64,000 bases of DNA, taken from the NCBI GenBank assembly GCA_900770285.1, contig CAAGJO010000003.1, positions 9,989 to 73,988 of the forward strand, read 5' to 3'. Positions 37,601 through 46,197 of the stretch are shown here, in pieces. Every line of letters begins with the position of its first letter. Within the stretch, counting starts at the first letter, position 1. Below the pieces are notes generated by a model, which saw nothing but the letters and a program-made list of their open reading frames with translations, did no database searches and was not told where the DNA came from. Both the position numbers and the translations under genes were made by a program. The stretch comes from Oscillospiraceae bacterium (lineage in GTDB: Bacteria; Bacillota; Clostridia; Oscillospirales; Ruminococcaceae).

Positions 37601-38815
37601 TTATTTTTTTATACCGTAGTTCTTAAATAATGTTAATCTTGCGTCTGCAACGCTTGTAGCTTCTTTTAATTCTTTTCTCTTCTTCTTACTGAATATCTTA
37701 ATAAAGTATTTGAATAAGCGTTTTATCCACATAAACGGCAAGAGCCATGGCTTATCGTAAAGTATTGGTTCTGCTATTTTCATTCTGCTGTAAGACGGGA
37801 AAATAACAGAAATTTTGCTGCTTTTATCCTTGTTGGACAGCATAGCGGAATCTATCAGATTGGAGCTTTGGATGTGTGATTTACTGTGTGTGCCGAAAGT
37901 TCCGGCTTTTTCAATATCTTCAAGCAGCATTTCCATATTATCGCTGCCCTGAATATTTGGAAAAGAAAATCCGAGATATTCATTGCCGATGGCAATTAAA
38001 TCTTCATAAAACTGCCACAGTGATTTGGATTTAATCACTTTTTCAACTTCGTTCCAGTCAATTTCTTTATCATATTTTTCCTTGAAAAGCAGTAGATCAA
38101 TTATCTGGCGAACTCCCACACCATAAGTTATAAAATGCTTATATAAATGCAGGAATAAAAACAAATAGTTTTTAGTATATTCCAGTGTATAGAATTTTTG
38201 CCCATTAAATTCAAAGGTAGCAGCATCGTCAAAAACATTTTTAAAGTAATCTTCTGAGTGGATAAATAATTCATCTCGTCCGTTGAAAAGATTAACGTGA
38301 AGTTCAATGCTTAGTTTGGTTTTGGGATTGTAAAATGTAATTTCCTGAACGTCAGATAAATTCTCAGGAATTTCATTTTCGCCTCTTAATTCATAGCCAT
38401 TCTCGAACAAAATTTCTTTGGCTTTTGAGAAATCTTCCATTGGAACCAAGACGTCTTCATCTCCGGATGGTCTGTGGTCAGACAGTTCCCCATACATACA
38501 TCTGCAAAATAAACCTTTTATAACAAGAGCCTTAATTCCGCTTTCTGTAAGTCTGGAATAAATATCTGTAAAAAAAGTTGAGCGCATGGCTTGATAATAT
38601 ACAATTTTATATACCTTATCTTTAAATTCAGACGAATCAGAGTAATCTTTGAATTTTTCATCAGTAAGACAGCCTTCATAAGCTATCGGCAGCAGTGAAT
38701 GAATTTTGGCTAAATTCAAAATTTCATCAAAGTCCGGATTGTTTAAAGGTATACGAGTTTTATGTAGTGCATTGCTTACAGCTAACATAAAGTTTATCAT
38801 TTGTAAATTCATCAA
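37601..38815 (-). CDS. Uncharacterised nucleotidyltransferase family protein (NTP_transf_5-like)
   Basis: IKG......YG....RPSGDEDVLV, IELH, HLYKH....GVGVRQIID. Confidence 0.8.
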   Translation of the reverse strand: MMNLQMINFMLAVSNALHKTRIPLNNPDFDEILNLAKIHSLLPIAYEGCLTDEKFKDYSDSSEFKDKVYKIVYYQAMRSTFFTDIYSRLTESGIKALVIKGLFCRCMYGELSDHRPSGDEDVLVPMEDFSKAKEILFENGYELRGENEIPENLSDVQEITFYNPKTKLSIELHVNLFNGRDELFIHSEDYFKNVFDDAATFEFNGQKFYTLEYTKNYLFLFLHLYKHFITYGVGVRQIIDLLLFKEKYDKEIDWNEVEKVIKSKSLWQFYEDLIAIGNEYLGFSFPNIQGSDNMEMLLEDIEKAGTFGTHSKSHIQSSNLIDSAMLSNKDKSSKISVIFPSYSRMKIAEPILYDKPWLLPFMWIKRLFKYFIKIFSKKKRKELKEATSVADARLTLFKNYGIKK

Positions 38816-38846
38816 GTCTACTTCCTTTTAACTAAATATTTATATT

Positions 38847-38875
38847 ATTATACCATATTTTATATATAAAGTCAA
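38847..38875 (-). promoter_or_regulatory. SigA-type promoter of the nucleotidyltransferase gene
   Basis: Minus strand TTGACT-17 bp-TATAAT with extended TG. Confidence 0.72.
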
Positions 38876-38931
38876 CGTATAAAAAGCGGATTAAGAACAT
38901 TCAGGGTGTAGATTACATTTAATTCTGGCAT

Positions 38932-41388
38932 TTAGTTGTGCATTATGGTTAACTGTTCTTCAAGCTCATCTTTGGTTAAAGGTTTTGCAAGGTCAGATTT
39001 ATTCAGCGTAATTTCAACAGGTTCGTTTCCGTGAATGTCAAACCAGTTGTCAGAAAATACAGCATCATTGTTTTCAAAATCAAGACAAACTGATTTTGCA
39101 TAATACTTTGCTGTGAAAGTAATTGTAAATCTGTCATCAAGCTCCTGAACCTTATATGCTATCTCAGGTTCAAGGAAAGTAAATTCTTTAGGTCGAACAA
39201 AAAGAGTGGTGCTTTTGCTAATGACTTTATCATTGCGAATAAGCTTGTACTCAAGATATTTTTCACGCTTGTCCTGAGTAGTTTTTATGTGCTTGGAAAT
39301 GTCTGTCTGTTCAATGTCTTTGGCGGATAGGGCAGGACACTTTGCAGGAATTTCACCGCTTTCAAGAATTTCAGCCTTGTTGTTTCTCAAAGTCCAAAGT
39401 ATTTTGCCGTCAAAATCATTCATTGTTTCATTAGAAATATTAAAAATTGGTTTAAGTGGATTTTTATCTTCAACAGAAAGTAAAACAGGCGAATAAAATC
39501 TTACTGCATAGTAGTGCAGACCCTTCCATCTATTGAAATAATCGATGCTTGACCATGAAATAATTGGATTGGAATCATTGATCTGCCAGTAGGACGAACC
39601 CATACATCTGCCTCGTGAACGGCGCATATGTTCAACATTTGAACGTATACAATCAGCCTGCACCAGTTGAGATGAATAAATCAGACGTTCAAATGTATAT
39701 GGATATCTGACCATTTGAGCAAGATAAAACATTACTTTTTCATTGCCTTCAACGCATTTCTGATGTGCCTGCATTACAGGAGACATTAAGTCGAAGTCTC
39801 CTTTGCTTTCATCGGAAAAGGCTTTTATAGTTTTTATAGAGGGCAAAGATTCAAAGCCGTATTCGGAACAGAATCTGTAATGAGTTTGGCGAAAAGCGTC
39901 AATAGGTTTAAAATTATGCCAAACGTCCCAATAGTGCATATCTCCTGCATGATTGGAGGAGGAGTCTTTCATTCCGCCGCCTGATGATGGAGATGAAGGC
40001 CAATAAAATGTTCCGGGAGAATATTCTTTTACAAGTGACGGTATAATGTCTTCAAAAAGTTTGAAGTAGTCGCTTTTAGCCTGTTCATCTTCCGGTAGTC
40101 CCCAGTACTCCCATGCAGATTCAATCTCATTATTGCCGCACCAAAGTCCCAATGATGCATGATTTCTCAGGCGTATAATGTTGTCTTTGATTTCTTCTTT
40201 TACTGTGGCAGTAAATTCATCTGTCATGAGATATGCCGAGCATGCAAACATAAAGTCCTGCCATACGATCAATCCATGTTCATCGCAGAAATCATAAAAA
40301 TAATCGTCAGGATAATATCCGCCGCCCCAGACTCTTATAAAATTAAAATTAGCTTTTATGCATTGTGTGAGCAAATTATAAGTACGTTCTTTGGAACATC
40401 TTGAAACAATTTGGTCTTCAGGAATATAGTTACCGCCCATGGCAAAGATTTTTCTGCCGTTAAGAATAAAACAGAATTCTTCCCCCCATTGGTCAGTTTC
40501 CTGACTAATGGTAAGAGTCCGTAAACCTATTTTCTGAGTATCTTCTTCAAGTTCTGTCTCATCTGATACCAGCTTTATTTTAGATTGGTATAAATTTTGT
40601 TTACCGTAACCGTTTGCCCACCAAAGCTGAGGGTCTTCAATTGTAATGGATGTTTTGGTATGAGCATTTCCTTTAGCAAGAGAAAATTCTTTTTGAGCTG
40701 TCAGTTTTCCCTGTGGGTCAAAAACCTCCCAAACAGCTTTTTCGCAGTTTATGTTTTCAGCATGAATGTCAGCTGTAAGAATAACATTACCCTGGTTATG
40801 CTGTTGAGTAAAATATACGTCTTCAATACTGCCGTCATTGAAACCGAGTATTTTAACATCACGCCAGATGCCCATATCGGGAAGCTTTGGACCCCAGTCC
40901 CAACCAAACATACAGTGTGCTTTGCGTAGATACGGGTATCCCTCCATTGTTGTGTCTACGCCCCAAAGCTTTCTGCTTTGGTATTTATCAGTAACATATT
41001 GGTTAGGGGATTTGATTTTTACTTCAAGAAGATTTGACTTTTCTTTTATTACAGATTTAATATCGAATTCCCAGATTCGGTGCATGTTATCTGTTGAACC
41101 GATTTTAACGCCATTTAAGTATATGTCTGAAAGAGTGTCAATGCCTTCAAAAACAAGTTTGATATTATTTTTAGCTAAAAGGTTATCCGAAAGATCAAAA
41201 CTTTTTGCGAATGTGTAATCATCATCGCATATATGTGTTGAAATATACTCGTTTTCACGGTAGTATGGATCAGGTATCTTTTGGTTTTCAATCAGAACTT
41301 TGTATACTGAGCAGGGAACATTGCAGGAAAGCTTTTCATTAGAGCCTTGACGATACATATACCAATTTTTATTAAGCAAATCAATCAT
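38932..41388 (-). CDS. Glycoside hydrolase family 2, beta-mannosidase-like (no signal peptide)
   Basis: RKAHCMFGWDWGP, RVWGGGYY, WQDFMFAC, WCGNNE (acid/base), FCSEYGF (nucleophile), YWQIND. Confidence 0.9.
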   Translation of the reverse strand: MIDLLNKNWYMYRQGSNEKLSCNVPCSVYKVLIENQKIPDPYYRENEYISTHICDDDYTFAKSFDLSDNLLAKNNIKLVFEGIDTLSDIYLNGVKIGSTDNMHRIWEFDIKSVIKEKSNLLEVKIKSPNQYVTDKYQSRKLWGVDTTMEGYPYLRKAHCMFGWDWGPKLPDMGIWRDVKILGFNDGSIEDVYFTQQHNQGNVILTADIHAENINCEKAVWEVFDPQGKLTAQKEFSLAKGNAHTKTSITIEDPQLWWANGYGKQNLYQSKIKLVSDETELEEDTQKIGLRTLTISQETDQWGEEFCFILNGRKIFAMGGNYIPEDQIVSRCSKERTYNLLTQCIKANFNFIRVWGGGYYPDDYFYDFCDEHGLIVWQDFMFACSAYLMTDEFTATVKEEIKDNIIRLRNHASLGLWCGNNEIESAWEYWGLPEDEQAKSDYFKLFEDIIPSLVKEYSPGTFYWPSSPSSGGGMKDSSSNHAGDMHYWDVWHNFKPIDAFRQTHYRFCSEYGFESLPSIKTIKAFSDESKGDFDLMSPVMQAHQKCVEGNEKVMFYLAQMVRYPYTFERLIYSSQLVQADCIRSNVEHMRRSRGRCMGSSYWQINDSNPIISWSSIDYFNRWKGLHYYAVRFYSPVLLSVEDKNPLKPIFNISNETMNDFDGKILWTLRNNKAEILESGEIPAKCPALSAKDIEQTDISKHIKTTQDKREKYLEYKLIRNDKVISKSTTLFVRPKEFTFLEPEIAYKVQELDDRFTITFTAKYYAKSVCLDFENNDAVFSDNWFDIHGNEPVEITLNKSDLAKPLTKDELEEQLTIMHN

Positions 41389-41425
41389 AATAATTCTCCT
41401 GTATTATAAATGTACTAATAATTTA

Positions 41426-41454
41426 ATTATACCTGTCTGACTGTATAAAGTCAA
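41426..41454 (-). promoter_or_regulatory. SigA-type promoter of the GH2 gene
   Basis: Minus strand TTGACT-17 bp-TATAAT. Confidence 0.7.
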
Positions 41455-41462
41455 GTCGTAAA

Positions 41463-41491
41463 GAATAAAAAAATATTCTGAAGCATAAAAT
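41463..41491 (+). promoter_or_regulatory. Sporulation SigE-like promoter of cwlD
   Basis: GAATAAA-14 bp-CATAAAAT resembles the SigE consensus. Confidence 0.55.
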
Positions 41492-41519
41492 GTACAAACT
41501 ATAAAAAAGGAGAATTTTC

Positions 41520-42272
41520 ATGAAGAAAATAAAGGTTATTACTGCAATATTTTTTTGTACTCTTTGCTGTTCAATTGCTGTTTGCGGTTATTTTGCCGAT
41601 AAAAGAATAACCGTTGAAGTGGCATCTGCACAGGTGGAAAACACTGTTGATCGTCCTGTACTTATAATTGATGCAGGACATGGAGGCTATGACGGCGGAT
41701 GTGTAAGTATAAACAACAAATGTGAAAAGGATATAAATCTAAATATTTTGCTGTCGCTGCGGGATATGGCAAATATTATGGGGTATGATACGGTTTGTAC
41801 CAGAGAGAGCGACGTGTCAATTCATGATGAAGGTGTAAAAGGCATTACCAATCAGAAAAAATCTGATATGAATAATCGCCTAGAAATAATCAACAGCCGG
41901 GAAAATGCCATATCAGTAATTATTCACCAAAATCAATTCACCGACAACAGATACAGCGGAGCGCAGATGTTTTACAGTCCGAAAATTGAAGGCAGTGAAG
42001 AACTGGCAGATATAATGCAAAAGCAGTTTGTATCAAATTTACAGCCCGACAATAAACGTGAAATCAAGCAGGTGGGTGATGAACTTTATCTTCTCAATAA
42101 TGCAAAATGCCCGGCGGTTATGATTGAATGCGGATTCCTTTCCAATAAGGAAGAGGCAGAGAAACTGGAAAATAAAGACTATCAGAAATTGGTAGCATTC
42201 ACTATATTCTCAGGAGTATCAGAATATGAAACAAATCATTTTTTTGCAAATAAAAAAGCAGGAAATTCATAG
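41520..42272 (+). CDS. cwlD: N-acetylmuramoyl-L-alanine amidase (Amidase_3, CwlD-like)
   Basis: N-terminal anchor, IDAGHGGYDGG, EKDINL, IHQN, GAQMFY, VMIECGFLSN. Confidence 0.8.
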   Translation: MKKIKVITAIFFCTLCCSIAVCGYFADKRITVEVASAQVENTVDRPVLIIDAGHGGYDGGCVSINNKCEKDINLNILLSLRDMANIMGYDTVCTRESDVSIHDEGVKGITNQKKSDMNNRLEIINSRENAISVIIHQNQFTDNRYSGAQMFYSPKIEGSEELADIMQKQFVSNLQPDNKREIKQVGDELYLLNNAKCPAVMIECGFLSNKEEAEKLENKDYQKLVAFTIFSGVSEYETNHFFANKKAGNS

Positions 42273-42283
42273 CGAATTCCTGC
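42252..42283 (-). terminator. Terminator of the hup operon
   Basis: Minus strand GCAGGAATTC-loop-GAATTTCCTGC TTTTTT. Confidence 0.7.
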
Positions 42284-42303
42284 AAAAAATTCAAATCAAT
42301 TTA

Positions 42304-42636
42304 TTAAAGATCAACTTTACCTTCTGTCTTGCCGTTTACTACGTAATATGCAGCACCGTCCTCAGGTTTGATGTATACGTTGAGTGATCTGATGCAGCCT
42401 TTAGAATTTGCCTTGAAATCAGCTCTTGCAGCATCAACAACTTCAGATACATTGTATTCAGCGCCGCCGAACTGTACAACAACGTTTTCTTTCTTTTCAG
42501 CTGATGTGGACTTTTTTGCTGCAGATTTTGCAGCAGGCTTCTTAGCTGCCGGTTTCTTTGCAGCAGTTTTTGTATCAGCTTTAACAGCTGTTTTTTCAAC
42601 AATAGTTTTGTTTTCAGTCTTTTTAGTCTGTGCCAT
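42304..42636 (-). CDS. Lys/Ala-rich basic protein (DUF6465-like C-terminal domain)
   Basis: TAAKKPAAKKPAAKSAAKK histone-H1-like tract, then VQFGG.EY...VYIKPEDGAAYYVVNG. Confidence 0.8.
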   Translation of the reverse strand: MAQTKKTENKTIVEKTAVKADTKTAAKKPAAKKPAAKSAAKKSTSAEKKENVVVQFGGAEYNVSEVVDAARADFKANSKGCIRSLNVYIKPEDGAAYYVVNGKTEGKVDL

Positions 42637-42660
42637 AGTTATTACTTCCTTTCAATGTAC

Positions 42661-42936
42661 TTATTTGTTTACAGCCTCTTTAAGAGCACTGCCTGCTTTG
42701 AATGCAGGAACTTTTTTTGCCGGAACAATAATAGGCTGCTTTGTTGCAGGATTAATTGCTTTCTTTTCAGCTCTTTCACGGACTTCAAAAATTCCAAATC
42801 CTGAGATTGAAACTTTTTCACCATTTGATAATTTTTCAGCCACAGCGTCAAAAACTGAAGAAACAATAGATTCAGCATCTTTCTTTTTAAGTGAATTCTT
42901 TTCTGCAACAACTGCAATGAGTTCAGATTTAGTCAT
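42661..42936 (-). CDS. hup: DNA-binding protein HU
   Basis: MTKSELI, GEKVSISGFGIFEVRERA...NPAT...VPAFKAG..LKEAV; SD GGAGG. Confidence 0.95.
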   Translation of the reverse strand: MTKSELIAVVAEKNSLKKKDAESIVSSVFDAVAEKLSNGEKVSISGFGIFEVRERAEKKAINPATKQPIIVPAKKVPAFKAGSALKEAVNK

Positions 42937-42967
42937 ATGTTTTGCCTCCTTCCTAAAATCTGCTTGT

Positions 42968-42996
42968 ATTATATTCTTTTTTTGGCCATTTGTCAA
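42968..42996 (-). promoter_or_regulatory. Consensus SigA promoter of hup
   Basis: Minus strand TTGACA-17 bp-TATAAT. Confidence 0.85.
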
Positions 42997-43216
42997 ATAA
43001 AAGTCCCGATTTTACGGGCTTTTCCTTAATTTTTGTAGCTTTGTCTAAAACGCTGAAATTTTATTTGTATAAATTTGTATTTAATAACTTGATATATTGC
43101 CTAAATAATACTTGAAAATATGAATATATTTGTCAGCATTATTTTAATGTCTTTCCTATATTCACAACGCAGAAAATACCAATAAATGAATATAGTTAGT
43201 TTTTTAAAAATAATGC

Positions 43217-43245
43217 TTGACTTTTATAGTGAAAAGTACTATAAT
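43217..43245 (+). promoter_or_regulatory. SigA-type promoter of secDF
   Basis: TTGACT-17 bp-TATAAT. Confidence 0.75.
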
Positions 43246-43305
43246 AAACAAGTAAATATTCGGCAAATTATTAATATTTGTACTATAATTTTAGGAGGAA
43301 GTTTT

Positions 43306-45660
43306 GTGCGTCGTGCAAAGAAACCTGTTTTCTTTATAGTAGTTGCCTTTATTGCCGTGTTCGCATATCTGACTTTTGCAGGTATACATTCACAGTACGG
43401 TGATGTAAAGAAAACATATGTTAAAAGTGTAGATGAGATCAGATGGGGTATTGATATTCAGGGTGGTGTTAATGCAACATTTGAACCGGCTGACGGCTAT
43501 AAGGCTACAGCTAAAGAAATGGAGGCTGCTAAGTCTGTAATTGAGCAGCGTCTTGTAAACCTTAATATCACAGACAGTGAAGTTTATGTTGATACTTCTA
43601 CAAATAAAGTAATGGTATCATTCCCATGGCAGGCAGGGGAGCAGAGTTTTGACCCTGAAGAAGCCGTTGCAGAATTGGGCGAAACTGCTGTTCTTACATT
43701 CCGTAAGGGTACAGAAGAAACCGGAGAGGAAGTTATTACCGGTACTAATGTAAAAAATGCAGAGGCTGTATTGCAGAATAATGATAACGGTCAGTCGGAA
43801 TATGTAGTATCTCTTGAACTTGACAGCGACGGAACTAAGTCATTCGGAGATGCAACAACAGAATTGGCAGCAAGTCAGGGACAGATTTCTATCTGGATGG
43901 ATGAGAAGCAGATTTCAGCACCTGTAGTAAACGAAGCTATCACAGGCGGAAAGTGTACGATTTCAGGAAGTTCATCTCATCCGTTTACTCATGATTCAGC
44001 TAAGGCTTTGGCTGACAAGATCATGGCAGGTTCATTGCCATTCAAGCTTGTTACAACAAGCAATAATATTATTTCACCAACATTTGGTACCGGCGCAAGA
44101 AATGCAATGGTAATTGCAGGTATTATTGCATTTATCCTCATTGCCATTTATATGATTGCGATTTACAGACTTCCGGGTTGTGTAGCTGCAATTTCTCTGT
44201 TCGGACAGGTTGTGGGTACAATTGCATGTGTATCAGGATTTTTCGGAAATATTGACAGCTTTACGCTTACCATACCGGGTATAGCGGGTATTATACTTGC
44301 CATTGGTATGGGCGTTGATGCCAACGTTATTACTGCAGAACGTATTAAGGAAGAACTTAATAACGGTAAAACTTTAACAGGAGCTATTGAGCTTGGATAT
44401 AAGAGAGCCTGGTCTGCTGTATTCGACAGTAATATTACCGTTGTATTTGTTGCTGTAATTCTTATGGGTGCATTTGGCCCGACTGACAGCATTTTCGGAA
44501 CTCTTCTTAAACCAATTTTCTTTGCATTTGGTGTTTCAACAGCAGGTACAATTTATTCATTGGGTTATACATTGCTTGTTGGTATTATACTCAACTTTGT
44601 ATTCGGTGTATTCTGCTCAAGACTTATGCTTTCATCACTTTCAAAGTTCAATTGTTTCAAAAAACGTTCACTTTACGGTGCTAAGGAAGAACATAAGGAA
44701 CATAAAACACTTAAGGTATTTGAACATCGTAAGATATTCTATTCAATCTCCTGCGGCTTGATTGCAGTAATTGCTGTTCTTACTTTAGTAATCGGCGTTA
44801 ACGTTGCTATCGAATTCAAAGGCGGTACAATTATTACATATACTTATGACGGCACAGTAGACACAAATGATATTGCAAAGACTGTTAAGGATACAATTGA
44901 CGAAAGTGCAATCGTTACAACGGGAACAAACTTCTCAAGTGATGATACTACAATTAAACTTCAGTTTGCATCTAAAGAAGGTATCAGTGAGCAAAAGCAG
45001 AATAAGCTTACAACAGAACTTCAGAAAACGTATTCTAAGAATAATATAGAAATTCTTGAATCAAATGACGTTGCAGCATCAAATGGTGTAAACTTCTTCT
45101 TTAAGTGTTTGGTAGCATGTGTCTTTGCGGCTATTGTAACAATTATTTATATCGGATTCAGATTTAAGAAGATCGGCGGTATATCAGCCGGCTGCTTCTC
45201 GGTAGTTGCGTTGCTCCATGACTTGATTATGGTTTACGGTTGCTTTGTAATCTTCAGATTTGATATTAACGCTAACTTCATGGCCGTATTGCTCACAATT
45301 CTCGGTTACTCAATTAACGCTACAATTATTATTTATGATAGAATCAGAGAAAACCGCAGAATACAGGGTAGAAAGATGGAACTTTCCGAACTGGTCAACC
45401 ATTCAATCACACAGACTGTGGGACGTACAATTCATACAAATGTAACAACTATTGCTGCTATGATAGTAGTTTGCATAGTATGTTCAATCTACGGAATTTC
45501 TTCAATAATAAGCTTTGCATTCCCATTGATTGTTGGTATGCTCGCAGGTGTATATTCTTCAAACTGCCTTGCTCCTACATTGTGGGTAATGTGGCAGAAA
45601 CATAAGGAATCCAAAAAGAAACAAGCTGTTAAGGGTTCTAAAAAAACTGTTAAGGCATAA
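43306..45660 (+). CDS. secDF: Protein translocase subunit SecDF (fused)
   Basis: GIDIQGG, GSLP, LTIPGIAGIILAIGMGVDANV..ERIKEE, IEFKGGT, GYSIN.TI..YDRIRE; GTG start after AGGAGG. Confidence 0.93.
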   Translation: MRRAKKPVFFIVVAFIAVFAYLTFAGIHSQYGDVKKTYVKSVDEIRWGIDIQGGVNATFEPADGYKATAKEMEAAKSVIEQRLVNLNITDSEVYVDTSTNKVMVSFPWQAGEQSFDPEEAVAELGETAVLTFRKGTEETGEEVITGTNVKNAEAVLQNNDNGQSEYVVSLELDSDGTKSFGDATTELAASQGQISIWMDEKQISAPVVNEAITGGKCTISGSSSHPFTHDSAKALADKIMAGSLPFKLVTTSNNIISPTFGTGARNAMVIAGIIAFILIAIYMIAIYRLPGCVAAISLFGQVVGTIACVSGFFGNIDSFTLTIPGIAGIILAIGMGVDANVITAERIKEELNNGKTLTGAIELGYKRAWSAVFDSNITVVFVAVILMGAFGPTDSIFGTLLKPIFFAFGVSTAGTIYSLGYTLLVGIILNFVFGVFCSRLMLSSLSKFNCFKKRSLYGAKEEHKEHKTLKVFEHRKIFYSISCGLIAVIAVLTLVIGVNVAIEFKGGTIITYTYDGTVDTNDIAKTVKDTIDESAIVTTGTNFSSDDTTIKLQFASKEGISEQKQNKLTTELQKTYSKNNIEILESNDVAASNGVNFFFKCLVACVFAAIVTIIYIGFRFKKIGGISAGCFSVVALLHDLIMVYGCFVIFRFDINANFMAVLLTILGYSINATIIIYDRIRENRRIQGRKMELSELVNHSITQTVGRTIHTNVTTIAAMIVVCIVCSIYGISSIISFAFPLIVGMLAGVYSSNCLAPTLWVMWQKHKESKKKQAVKGSKKTVKA

Positions 45661-45669
45661 TTATTGCAT

Positions 45670-45700
45670 AAAATCTCCTCGGATATTCGAGGAGATTTTC
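45670..45700 (+). terminator. Terminator after secDF
   Basis: AAAATCTCCTCG-GATATT-CGAGGAGATTTT. Confidence 0.8.
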
Positions 45701-45831
45701 TATTTATGAAATTTTTGTGATATTATAAAAAATCACTTGCATTTTTTCATAAATGTGTTATTATATTATTGTAGAGGTACATAGTACTTTCAGTACATAT
45801 TGTGCTAATATATTTTAGGAGGTTTGTAAAA

Positions 45832-46002
45832 ATGGCTTACAAGATTAGTGACGAATGTATCGGTTGTGGAGCTTGCATGGACGCATGTCCGGTTGGCGCT
45901 ATTTCTGAACAAGATGGAAAGTGCGTTATTGATGCAGATACATGCATTGATTGTGGTTCTTGTGCAGGCACCTGCCCTGTTGGAGCACCAAACGCTGACT
46001 AA
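45832..46002 (+). CDS. fdx: Clostridial-type 2[4Fe-4S] ferredoxin
   Basis: MAYKI..CIGCGAC...CPV and CIDCGSC...CPV; SD AGGAGG. Confidence 0.95.
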   Translation: MAYKISDECIGCGACMDACPVGAISEQDGKCVIDADTCIDCGSCAGTCPVGAPNAD

Positions 46003-46016
46003 TATTTTTCAAACAA

Positions 46017-46047
46017 GAATGCCCGCTGTTTTCAGTGGGCATTTTTT
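46017..46047 (+). terminator. Terminator after ferredoxin
   Basis: AATGCCCGCTG-TTTT-CAGTGGGCATT TTTT. Confidence 0.8.
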
Positions 46048-46131
46048 GTGTATTTCAAAGTAAATAATGATACTATTTTGCTGCCGGAAATAAAAATTTA
46101 GTTAAGCTTAAACAAAAAGTACTTATTTCTA

Positions 46132-46160
46132 TTGACGAATTGTGTTTTTAATGGTATTAT
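46132..46160 (+). promoter_or_regulatory. SigA-type promoter of lysA
   Basis: TTGACG-17 bp-TATTAT with extended TG. Confidence 0.65.
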
Positions 46161-46197
46161 AATGTATATATTTATTTGAAAATGAGGAATTAGCAAT

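Noticed and set aside
42368..43000. 210-aa plus-strand ORF
   Set aside because: Antisense shadow of hup and the Lys/Ala-rich gene; its Phe/Ala composition is the reverse complement of AAA/GCT codons; no SD.
46050..46197. Lysine riboswitch before lysA
   Set aside because: The leader after the promoter is under 40 nt; no L-box sequence recognised.
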